The notes under the pieces: generated by a model
The model's input: the letters and a program-made list of their open reading frames with translations, nothing else
The model's database searches: none
Told to the model about the DNA's origin: nothing
Part shown: positions 34,062 through 41,907 of the stretch, piece after piece
How the letters are laid out: each line of letters starts with the position of its first letter
How positions within the stretch are numbered: the stretch's first letter is position 1
Program-made: the position numbers and the translations under genes
Source: Candidatus Komeilibacteria bacterium
Lineage (GTDB): Bacteria; Patescibacteriota; Patescibacteriia; UBA1558; GWA2-36-10
Assembly (NCBI GenBank): GCA_018656065.1
Contig: JABHZY010000015.1
Location: 5,622 to 69,621, forward strand
Direction: 5' to 3'
DNA: 64,000 bases

Positions 34062-34108
34062 TCAAAGAATGAGCTAGTATTAGCTCGTTTTTTGTTTTGT
34101 GGTATAAT
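34062..34108 (+). repeat. Junction cassette J1 (abuts the tRNA-His CCA): TCAAAGAAT-GAGCTA-GTAT-TAGCTC-T-run-TGGTATAAT
   Basis: Hairpin at 34071-34086 and TATAAT at 34103-34108. The ATG follows 6 nt later (leaderless geometry). Confidence 0.75.
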
Positions 34109-34114
34109 TTATTT

Positions 34115-35107
34115 ATGGAAAATAACGAAATTTCTTTTATATGTGACGATTCTTTTTCTGAAAAAGAAAAAGATTATATTTATGAAAATATTCATAAGGC
34201 CGAGAAGCATATAGATTCTTTTTTAGGAAAACCAGAAAAAAATAAATGGACTATTTCTAGGTTTAAACATGGTCAATCTTACTATGAGACCGATTATAAT
34301 AAAAAAACTATATATTTGGGCAGGGATATATTTTTAGATGCTTTAATGCACGAGATTATTCACGCTTGGCATGGATTAAATCTGTCATATGATTTTATAG
34401 AGGAGGGCATAACATGCGTAGCCGTTAATAACTTGTCTAGTAAGTTAAATTTTATTGATAATAATTCTACTAATTTTTCTAAAAGTAATAATTTTTCTGA
34501 GCTTATTTGTTTTGATCCAGTTCAAGGCACCAAGTCTAATATTCATCTTTTAGATTTTTACAGAACAAGAATTATTTTTGATGTTTGGATGAAGTATGAA
34601 AAAAAGACCCCCGGATTAGTTTATAACATTATTAATGAATTAAAGAGATTAGGAAAACAAGAGGATGGTCTAAAGGTCTTTATGAAAATCATAAACAAGT
34701 ATAATAAAGATTTATTCAAAGAGTTTGATAATATTTTTTCAGTCAATTTAAGATTAATAAAAAGAAGTATTAAATTTAGTACTTCTTTGAATATTTTGGG
34801 TGGAGTAGTAGATTATGGAATTAACAAAGCTATTTTGTTTGTAGCAGTTAAAAAAGTATTATCACAGATCATATTGAAAAATAACAAGGTCTATCCAGGA
34901 TTAGTTGATCATATACTAAAATTACCCAATGATGAATTATTATTCACAATAGAGTCATTTGAATCAAAAAAAACTAAATTTAAAGTTAAAGTTCTAGAAG
35001 ATGGCACCTTTGGTTTTAAATATGATAATTTATCACCTGGTATATATAATATTTATGCTGAATCAAACGATGGAAAATTAAAAGATAAAATAATATTAAG
35101 TATATGA
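34115..35107 (+). CDS. Hypothetical HExxH protein (SprT-like zinc-peptidase motif LMHEIIHAWH)
   Basis: Start set at MENNEISF, because the track start at 34097 overlaps the promoter. There is no signal peptide. Confidence 0.55.
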   Translation: MENNEISFICDDSFSEKEKDYIYENIHKAEKHIDSFLGKPEKNKWTISRFKHGQSYYETDYNKKTIYLGRDIFLDALMHEIIHAWHGLNLSYDFIEEGITCVAVNNLSSKLNFIDNNSTNFSKSNNFSELICFDPVQGTKSNIHLLDFYRTRIIFDVWMKYEKKTPGLVYNIINELKRLGKQEDGLKVFMKIINKYNKDLFKEFDNIFSVNLRLIKRSIKFSTSLNILGGVVDYGINKAILFVAVKKVLSQIILKNNKVYPGLVDHILKLPNDELLFTIESFESKKTKFKVKVLEDGTFGFKYDNLSPGIYNIYAESNDGKLKDKIILSI

Positions 35108-35661
35108 AAATATTAGCAATTGCAGACAGGCCCCCTAAAAATTTAATTAAGACTACAGTTGTATCAGAAAAAATAGACATTATATGCACTTTGGGCGATT
35201 TAGATTTTTTTGACATAAAAGAACTAAAGGAAATTAATGATATCCCCAAAATAGGTGTATATGGAAATCATTGTTCAGGTAAATATTTTGAAAGTTTAGG
35301 CATTAAGAACCTGCATTTGACTACTTTTAAGTTTATGGGCTATACCTTCGGTGGTTTTGAGGGCTCTCTACGATATAAGCAGGGCAAACACATCATGTAT
35401 ACTCAAGCGGAGGCAGAAAGAAAACTTTTTAATTATGAATATGTTGATATAATGTTAGCTCATAGCCCACCATATGGAGTAAATGATGACATTAACGACA
35501 ATACACATACTGGCCTTATAGGGTTAAAAAGATATATAGAAGCCAAATGCCCAAAATTTTTTTTACATGGACATACATATCCATCAGATCCAAATAAAAT
35601 TGTTGAATTAGGCGACACCAAAATAATTTATGTTTATCAGGATAAAGTTATAAATTTATAA
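35104..35661 (+). CDS. Calcineurin-like metallophosphoesterase
   Basis: ILAIADRP, GDLD, GNHC and HGHTY motifs. ATGA overlap with the upstream gene. Confidence 0.7.
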   Translation: MKILAIADRPPKNLIKTTVVSEKIDIICTLGDLDFFDIKELKEINDIPKIGVYGNHCSGKYFESLGIKNLHLTTFKFMGYTFGGFEGSLRYKQGKHIMYTQAEAERKLFNYEYVDIMLAHSPPYGVNDDINDNTHTGLIGLKRYIEAKCPKFFLHGHTYPSDPNKIVELGDTKIIYVYQDKVINL

Positions 35662-35792
35662 AATCAGGATTCTCCATCAAAAAAGTTCTGAAAGTGTCCC
35701 ATAGGGCACCCCATTTGTCCTGAGCGAGAGTAACGAGTCGAAGGGTCAAAAAGTGAGCTAACCTTAGCTCGTTTTTTGTTTTGTGGTATACT
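35661..35792 (+). repeat. Composite junction J2: E-box + tRNA-His-like minihelix + GC-rich insert + GAGCTA-ACCT-TAGCTC terminator + TGGTATACT
   Basis: AAATCAGGATTCTCCATCAAAAAAGTTCTGAAA, then GTGTCCCATAGGGCACCCCA (35694-35713), TTGTCCTGAGCGAGAGTAACGAGTCGAAGGGT, a hairpin at 35755-35770 and the -10 at 35787-35792. Confidence 0.75.
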
Positions 35793-35822
35793 TAAGGTGT
35801 TATTAAAATTTAAATTAAATTT

Positions 35823-36062
35823 ATGAAAAAAGTTTTATTAGTAGTTATTATTTTAGGTGCAGGATATTATTTTTGGCAACAATTTCAAAATAATAAACTT
35901 CAAGTATGTCCTGATAGATGGACTGATAATCAAGAATTGCCAATCGTACCAGGCAAAGAAACACAATATTTTATAATTGATGGAGCTAGAAGGGAATTAG
36001 ATGAATTTGATTTAGATTGGGTAAAAGAAAATTGTGATATTGAACCTATTATAGTTCAATAA
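35823..36062 (+). CDS. Small secreted/anchored hypothetical protein
   Basis: 79 aa with an N-terminal hydrophobic helix MKKVLLVVIILGAGYYFW. Confidence 0.5.
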   Translation: MKKVLLVVIILGAGYYFWQQFQNNKLQVCPDRWTDNQELPIVPGKETQYFIIDGARRELDEFDLDWVKENCDIEPIIVQ

Positions 36063-36070
36063 AATTTATT

Positions 36071-36221
36071 TTATTCTCCACTAAAAAAGTTCTGAAAGTG
36101 TCCCACCCTTCGGCTTCGCTCAGGGTCTACGATAGGACCCCATTTGTCCTGAGCGAGAGTAACGAGTCGAAGGGTCAAAAAGTGAGCTAGCAATAGCTCG
36201 TTTTTTGTTTTGTGGTATAAT
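36071..36221 (+). repeat. Composite junction J3 (as J2, with an extra GC-rich insertion splitting the minihelix)
   Basis: TTATTCTCCACTAAAAAAGTTCTGAAAGTGTCCCA, then CCCTTCGGCTTCGCTCAGGGTCTACGA, TAGGACCCCAT, TTGTCCTGAGCGAG..., a hairpin at 36184-36199 (loop GCAA) and TATAAT at 36216-36221. Confidence 0.75.
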
Positions 36222-36248
36222 TAAAGTATTATTAAAATAGAAAAAATA

Positions 36249-37832
36249 ATGAGTAAAATAAAAAGTAAGGTAAAAATAAAAAGTGGATTAACTATAGATG
36301 TTAGATTAGCTTTGTCTATAATGATAGTATCTACTGCTATGCTAGCCTTTAATTTTGCAGCAGCAATGTTTTCTTTGCCAGATAAGGAAGTAGTAGTTAA
36401 ACAAAACATAAACCAAAAAATAACAGGTATCGTAGAGTTACTTACTACGGATGATTTTGAAAATAATATAGCAACATATTTATATAGTATTAATGTAGAT
36501 GGTGTGCGATATGATTTACAATCACCTGACAAGCAGTTAAGTGATTATGTTGGTAAAGAAGTCATTATAGATGGTTCAATCAAAAGTGATGTTATTATAG
36601 CAAATTCTATTCAAGATACTTTATCAAAGAATATCTATCCAGCTGTATTGGGGGAACAAAAATATGTGGTTGTATATTTACTTGATGGGACAGAAGACCC
36701 TAGTTTTGATGCACAAGCTTATACAAATTTACATTTTGAGGGAGCTAATGATTTTATTATCCAAGAATCTATGGGTGGGGCTAACATAAGTGCGTTAACA
36801 AAAACCGTATTCTTTACAACTCCTTTATGTTCGTCTTTCGATGTTAAAAATTATGCAATCGAAGCAATTGACGCAGAGGTTGATTTTAATCAGTATGATG
36901 GAATAATTATTTATTTACCATACAATAGTTGTCTTAATTATACGGCTGTAGGAAGTGTTGGTAAGTGGGAGGTTAGCACAGATGATGGTCTTTTACCACT
37001 ATATTATGTCATAATGAATGGATATAGTAGTTCTGTTGTACCATCAGCTGTGCTTGGACATGAGATAGGGCATAATTTTGGATTTGCTCATTCTGCAAGT
37101 TTAGAATGTGGAGAATTTCCATATAGGAAGCCATTGGATAGTGAGTGTTATTACTATTCCTATGGAGATAGGTTTAATATAATGGGTGGAGGAACATATA
37201 GTACCCACTACAGTCTTAGTAATAAATTGAAAGCTGGTTGGATTGCTGACAAAGAAGTTATTATTGCAAATTTAGGGACTTATGCCTTGGCTTCTATTGA
37301 AAATTCAGATGGCTTCATGCCGCGTGGTATAAAAATTCCTATTTTATGGGATGCAGAAGATATAAAAGCAATAGAGTTATATTATCAATCATATTATCTT
37401 TATTTAGCAGAATATGGAGTTACAGATTATTTTTTAGAATATTGGAGTGATATTGATATGAGTTGGTTTTCAGATGAGGTATTTGATTGTCCAGATAATA
37501 CTTATGGCTTAAGCCCCTCGGACGTAGAGAGAGGCTTATTAATAAGAGTGGGGGCAGATCCTGAATATAAACTTGATTTTAGTTTAACTATGCATCCCAA
37601 TACTGAGGTTTGTTGGGGTTCAGATATTCAAGATTCTTGTCGTCCTGATTCTTGTTTAAATATGGCCATGTTCTCTGAACCATTTAAGTTTCTTTTGGAA
37701 GGAGAGACTTATTATGATCAATTTAATAATATGAAAATAACTTTATTATCCGCTGGAGACGAAACGGCGACAGTAAAGATTTCTAGAATATATGATGATA
37801 TAGATGCATATGAGATATATGAAGATCTTTAG
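36249..37832 (+). CDS. Membrane-anchored/secreted metzincin-type zinc metalloprotease
   Basis: HEIGHNFGFAHS (HExxHxxGxxH). The N-terminus has a K-rich segment plus a TM helix. Confidence 0.65.
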   Translation: MSKIKSKVKIKSGLTIDVRLALSIMIVSTAMLAFNFAAAMFSLPDKEVVVKQNINQKITGIVELLTTDDFENNIATYLYSINVDGVRYDLQSPDKQLSDYVGKEVIIDGSIKSDVIIANSIQDTLSKNIYPAVLGEQKYVVVYLLDGTEDPSFDAQAYTNLHFEGANDFIIQESMGGANISALTKTVFFTTPLCSSFDVKNYAIEAIDAEVDFNQYDGIIIYLPYNSCLNYTAVGSVGKWEVSTDDGLLPLYYVIMNGYSSSVVPSAVLGHEIGHNFGFAHSASLECGEFPYRKPLDSECYYYSYGDRFNIMGGGTYSTHYSLSNKLKAGWIADKEVIIANLGTYALASIENSDGFMPRGIKIPILWDAEDIKAIELYYQSYYLYLAEYGVTDYFLEYWSDIDMSWFSDEVFDCPDNTYGLSPSDVERGLLIRVGADPEYKLDFSLTMHPNTEVCWGSDIQDSCRPDSCLNMAMFSEPFKFLLEGETYYDQFNNMKITLLSAGDETATVKISRIYDDIDAYEIYEDL

Positions 37833-37860
37833 TAAATGATAGAGCTTTTATATATAGTTA

Positions 37861-37999
37861 TAACCAAGGTCCGAATGGGACCCTCGCCCGCTATGCTAGT
37901 GCAAGCGTGGCGAGTGGGCCAGCAAAAAGTGAGCTAACATTAGCTCGTTTTTTGTTTGCTGTATTTTTTTATTATTTATTGTTAATATATAAGTATAAT
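37861..37999 (+). repeat. Composite junction J4 (different GC-rich inserts, GAGCTA-ACAT-TAGCTC terminator, relocated TATAAT)
   Basis: GGTCC-GAAT-GGGACC and CTCGCC...GGCGAG hairpins. Terminator at 37931-37946 and TATAAT at 37994-37999. Confidence 0.65.
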
Positions 38000-38015
38000 A
38001 ATTTATTATAATTAT

Positions 38016-38291
38016 ATGAGTAAATGGGAAAAAATTAAAAATCTTGTTACTAATAAGTCAACTAGTGAGCAAAAGGAAGAGATGCCAAAAGAGTTAAGAA
38101 CGGCATCTGAAATAACTGAAAGTGGCACGGGTGAATTAGAAGGACAAATAGATGAAAAAGTAGAGTCAGAAAAACAAGAAGCTGCAGATTTAGAACATAG
38201 AGAAAGAGTAAGAAGAAGAATCGCAGAAATAGCAGGCCCCCCTGGCAAACTTGAAACCATAGGAGAGGACTCTGAAGAAAAGGAGAAATAA
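38016..38291 (+). CDS. Acidic, probably disordered hypothetical protein
   Basis: 91-aa ORF in the same orientation as the junction promoters. The overlapping antisense ORF is rejected. Confidence 0.45.
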   Translation: MSKWEKIKNLVTNKSTSEQKEEMPKELRTASEITESGTGELEGQIDEKVESEKQEAADLEHRERVRRRIAEIAGPPGKLETIGEDSEEKEK

Positions 38292-38342
38292 ATAATCAAA
38301 GAATGAGCTAATGTTAGCTCGTTTTTTGTTTTGTGGTATAAT
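38292..38342 (+). repeat. Junction cassette J5 (TCAAAGAAT-GAGCTA-ATGT-TAGCTC-T-run-TGGTATAAT)
   Basis: The 15 nt TCAAAGAATGAGCTA are identical to J1. Hairpin at 38305-38320 and TATAAT at 38337-38342. Confidence 0.75.
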
Positions 38343-38366
38343 TAGAGTGTTATTAAAATTTAAATC

Positions 38367-39101
38367 ATGACAAGCACAACAAAGAAAATTTTATCTATTA
38401 TTATTATAGTTATTATTATTATTTTTGTACTAGTATTAACTATAGGCCTTGATAGTGATGCTGGAGGTTCTCCATTTATGACTCCGCTTTTGGGTTTTTT
38501 AATATTTAGTATACCATTGGTATTTGTGGCTTTAGTTTCTATTATTCAGCTGAAGAGGGGTAGGTCATTTTGGAAAGGTTTACTACAAGGAATAGTATTG
38601 TGTGTAGTGTTGAGCGCTTTACTTACAATGGGTATGAGAATTTATGAGGCTGTAGATTATAATAATAAGAGACAAGAGAGATTAGATGCAATGAGATCTT
38701 TTAATCAGACAGAGCATTATAAAAAAGATCAATTAAAAATTAGTCAAATTGAATTTAGATTATATACTGAATCTAATCAAACTGTAATCTCAGTTGGTGA
38801 TGGCTTTATTACTAATAATTTAAAAAGAGATACGCAAATTTTAGGTGAGAAATCATTTTCTGAATATATGGAATTAGTTCAAACAAGTGAATTTTTAGAT
38901 TTAGACGAGATATATAAAAATAAAACAAGTCCAGCCAACACCGAAGAGAATTTATATATTATTACTTTATTTTCTGGCAGTAAGTCTTTTAAGATAGTGA
39001 GGTGTTCTGGTGATTATAACGATTGTCCACTGGTCATGAGAAAAGTTATGGATAAAATTGAAAATGATTTAGGGGAAGATCTTTTTTCTGAAAATAATTA
39101 A
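38367..39101 (+). CDS. Hypothetical multi-TM membrane protein with soluble C-terminal domain
   Basis: 244 aa. Three or four N-terminal TM helices and no motif. Confidence 0.55.
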   Translation: MTSTTKKILSIIIIVIIIIFVLVLTIGLDSDAGGSPFMTPLLGFLIFSIPLVFVALVSIIQLKRGRSFWKGLLQGIVLCVVLSALLTMGMRIYEAVDYNNKRQERLDAMRSFNQTEHYKKDQLKISQIEFRLYTESNQTVISVGDGFITNNLKRDTQILGEKSFSEYMELVQTSEFLDLDEIYKNKTSPANTEENLYIITLFSGSKSFKIVRCSGDYNDCPLVMRKVMDKIENDLGEDLFSENN

Positions 39102-39110
39102 ATTAGGATT

Positions 39111-39317
39111 ATGAATCAAGAATTACAAAATTATATTAACGAAGAAAAAAATATAGGTACTGATGATGAGGCTATTAAACAGAAATTAAGAGACAGTGGA
39201 TGGGAAGATAAAATGTTTAACGAGTATTTTATTACGCCCACTAATCAACAAGAACCACACGCAGAGAATGGAGGAGAGTGGACTTATAGTTTAAATACTG
39301 ATGCACGTTGTAAGTAA
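39111..39317 (+). CDS. Hypothetical small protein
   Basis: 68-aa ORF, 9 nt after the previous gene. Confidence 0.4.
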   Translation: MNQELQNYINEEKNIGTDDEAIKQKLRDSGWEDKMFNEYFITPTNQQEPHAENGGEWTYSLNTDARCK

Positions 39318-39336
39318 TTAGATATTTAAGACTTTA

Positions 39337-39502
39337 AAATCAGGATTCTCCACCAAAAAAGTGCTCCGCCCGACATCGCCTAACGACGAAGTCGTTGGCG
39401 GACGGGTGAAAGTGTTCCACCCCCTCCCTCGGGGGTTATAATAGAGGATCCCAGTCAAAGAATTACCTCATATTGAAGTGGTTTTTTGTTTTGTGCTATA
39501 CT
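39337..39502 (+). repeat. Composite junction J6 (E-box, two GC-rich palindromic inserts, degenerate hairpin, TGCTATACT)
   Basis: AAAATCAGGATTCTCCACCAAAAAAGT, an insert with AACGAC-GAA-GTCGTT, then GAAAGTGTTCCA, CCCCC-TCCCTC-GGGGG, ...CCCAGTCAAAGAAT. The -10 is at 39497-39502. Confidence 0.65.
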
Positions 39503-39525
39503 GAAGATGTTATTAAAATAAAGTT

Positions 39526-39825
39526 ATGAAAGTCAGTAAAAAAGAATGGGTAAATAGAGGGTTATTGAGAGAAAAAGCCTATCAATCAATTAAAGAAAGT
39601 GAATTAAAAAAACTAGTAAAAGTTGGTTTAAAAAATAATAAACTTAAAAAATATTTACTAGATTATTTTAGTTACAGAGAATATGACTATACAGTTTGCT
39701 ATAACTGTTATAAGTCTATGGATAAAGATGAAAATATTTCTGCTAACGGATGGGGTTTGATAGTCAATTATTGTAATGAGTGTGGAGACGAAAGAATGGA
39801 TCAGATTAAATCCAAGAATTTTTAA
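39526..39825 (+). CDS. Small Cys4 zinc-ribbon-like hypothetical protein
   Basis: CYNCYKS...YCNECGD pairs. Confidence 0.45.
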   Translation: MKVSKKEWVNRGLLREKAYQSIKESELKKLVKVGLKNNKLKKYLLDYFSYREYDYTVCYNCYKSMDKDENISANGWGLIVNYCNECGDERMDQIKSKNF

Positions 39826-39942
39826 AATATATGAATCAATAAATAACGAAGAATCGTGGGAAATAGAAAGAATTGGAGATTATCAATAACTTAAAACATA
39901 AGTAAACATAGCCAGAGCTCCGAACTTATCCCTTAGGGGCCC

Positions 39943-40041
39943 CACCCGCCTAGACTCGCATTTATGCGAGGCTGGTCAAAAAGTGACCTATTCGACTTCG
40001 CTCAGGGTCATTTTTTGTTTTTGTAGCATATATGATATAAT
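39943..40041 (+). repeat. Composite junction J7 (family-F copy 2 + conserved-loop terminator + TGaTATAAT)
   Basis: CACCCGCCTAGACTCG...GGCTGGT, then CAAAAAGTGACCT-ATTCGACTTCGCTCA-GGGTCA, a T-run, and TATAAT at 40036-40041. Confidence 0.65.
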
Positions 40042-40078
40042 TATATCGTAATAATTTAATAATTTAATAAATAAAATT

Positions 40079-40753
40079 ATGGCAATAACAAACAATTTTG
40101 GCCAAGAAACTATCAATATTGGCCAAGAAATCACCGCCTCTTTATTAGGAGTAGTTTATACAATAATTGATTGGGTGCCTCGAGTTATTGGGGTTCTTAT
40201 TATCTTAATTATTGGGCATTATCTAGCTAAAGGAGTTAAGCAGCTTATAAAAAAGGTTTTAAAAACCATCAAATTTGAAGATTTTATGGTTAAGCTTAAA
40301 GTTACTGACATGATAAAATCTCAAGGAGTGTCTTTAACTATTAGTGATATCGCTGTTTGGTTAATTTATTGGCTAGTATTTTTAGCATTTATTAGTGCAG
40401 CAGCTGATGTATTAGCTGTGCCTAGTATTACAGAATTTATAGCAATGGTTATATCATATATTCCATCTATATTTGCTGGGCTGATCATTATTCTTTTAGG
40501 TATTATAGCTGCTAATACTTTAAGCTCCTTTGTTAAAAATTTTAAAGGCGGCGATACATATAAACAATTGGTTCGTTGGTTTATTTTAGTTATTGCTTTT
40601 ATAGCTGCCATAGAGCAACTAGGTTTAGACATTAGTTTTGTTACCAATAATTTATTTATTATTCTAGCTGGAGTAATGCTGGCCTTTGGTTTAGCTTTTG
40701 GACTTGGTGGGCGTGATAAAGCCAGAGAAATTATAGATAGACATATTAGATAA
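40079..40753 (+). CDS. Hypothetical membrane protein (repeated TM-helix modules)
   Basis: 224 aa with about 5 TM helices. Faint resemblance to conserved-TM-helix repeat proteins. Confidence 0.5.
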   Translation: MAITNNFGQETINIGQEITASLLGVVYTIIDWVPRVIGVLIILIIGHYLAKGVKQLIKKVLKTIKFEDFMVKLKVTDMIKSQGVSLTISDIAVWLIYWLVFLAFISAAADVLAVPSITEFIAMVISYIPSIFAGLIIILLGIIAANTLSSFVKNFKGGDTYKQLVRWFILVIAFIAAIEQLGLDISFVTNNLFIILAGVMLAFGLAFGLGGRDKAREIIDRHIR

Positions 40754-40770
40754 CCAATTTATAACTTATC

Positions 40771-40826
40771 AAAAAAACCATTCTATTCGGAATGGTTTTT
40801 TGTTTTGTTTAAAATGATGGTATAAT
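40771..40826 (+). repeat. Junction cassette J8 (AACCATTC...GAATGGTT subfamily + TGGTATAATAAATACAT)
   Basis: Hairpin at 40776-40797 and TATAAT at 40821-40826. Confidence 0.7.
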
Positions 40827-40859
40827 AAATACATTAAAATAAAGATATAAAAGATAATT

Positions 40860-41789
40860 ATGTTGAAAGCATATTTTAAAACGGCTCAAAGTAAAAGATT
40901 AAGAAAGATTAAAAAAATTCGAGAAGGCTCTTGGATAAATATTAATCACGCAGAGCATGATGATTTAGAGGCTATTACTAAATTAACTGATTTAAGCCTT
41001 TTAGATTTACAGGATACCCTAGATCTACAAGAATTGCCTCGTATTGAAAGACACAATAAGAGTATCATTTTATTTATTAGAACACCGATAGCAAAAAATA
41101 GCGGTCATCAATTTATTCATACCGTGCCATTAGCTATTATTATTAATAGTAAATATTTTATTACTATTTCTGCTGAGAAGAATAGTATAATAAAAGAGAT
41201 ACAAAAAAACAGCCTATCAATTGCTACCACCCAAAGAGGTAAAATGTTAGTTTATGTGCTTTTGAGAGTTTCTAAAAGTTTTACTAATAGAGTTAAAGAA
41301 ATTAGCTATGAAGTTTTATCCAAAAAGAAGCACATTGAAAATATTAAAAATTCTGATATTAGTGAATTGATTAAACATGAGGATGTTCTTAATCAGTATA
41401 TTTCAGCTTTAATACCTATGAGAACTTTATTTGAAAATTTAATGAGTAGTAGTTACTTAAAATTTTATAGAGAAGATCAAGATTTATTTGATGATATGTT
41501 AAATAGCATTCGACAATCAGTAGATATTTGTCAGGTTAATCTAAAAAGTATTAAAAGTTTGCGGGAATCTTATCAGATTGTTTTTACTAATCGTTTAAAT
41601 AAAGTTATTCAGTTTCTTACAGCCTTTACTATTGTTATGACTATTCCTACTATTATAGCTAGTCTTTATGGTATGAATGTTGAATTGCCTTTAGCGGGCA
41701 GTAAGTTTGCTTTTCTATATGTCTTGTTTTTTTCTTCATTTGGAATAGCGGCCTTTCTTTTCTTTTTTTATAAGAAAAAGTGGTTGTAA
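40860..41789 (+). CDS. corA: CorA-family magnesium/cobalt transporter
   Basis: YGMNV motif, followed by two C-terminal TM helices. Confidence 0.8.
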   Translation: MLKAYFKTAQSKRLRKIKKIREGSWININHAEHDDLEAITKLTDLSLLDLQDTLDLQELPRIERHNKSIILFIRTPIAKNSGHQFIHTVPLAIIINSKYFITISAEKNSIIKEIQKNSLSIATTQRGKMLVYVLLRVSKSFTNRVKEISYEVLSKKKHIENIKNSDISELIKHEDVLNQYISALIPMRTLFENLMSSSYLKFYREDQDLFDDMLNSIRQSVDICQVNLKSIKSLRESYQIVFTNRLNKVIQFLTAFTIVMTIPTIIASLYGMNVELPLAGSKFAFLYVLFFSSFGIAAFLFFFYKKKWL

Positions 41790-41790
41790 T

Positions 41791-41881
41791 TAGGATTTCC
41801 AATCAAAAAAGTTATTATAGTATTCTAAAGTTTTTATATTTTTAAAAAACCATTCCATTTGGAATGGTTTTTTGGTATAAT
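41791..41881 (+). repeat. Junction J9 (degenerate E-box TAGGATTTCCAATCAAAAAAGTT + AACCATTCC-ATTT-GGAATGGTT terminator + TGGTATAATAAATATAT)
   Basis: Hairpin at 41848-41869 and TATAAT at 41876-41881. Confidence 0.7.
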
Positions 41882-41907
41882 AAATATATAATATTTAAAT
41901 TTAAAAT

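Noticed and set aside
36221-36532. Antisense ORFs shadowing real genes (36221-36532, 38012-38299, 41901-42158, 22370-22666, 26167-26583, 43436-43639 and the many 60-95-aa ORFs inside larger genes)
   Set aside because: They lie opposite longer ORFs with clear motifs or junction promoters. Their translations are low-complexity and hydrophobic, as expected from AT-rich antisense strands.
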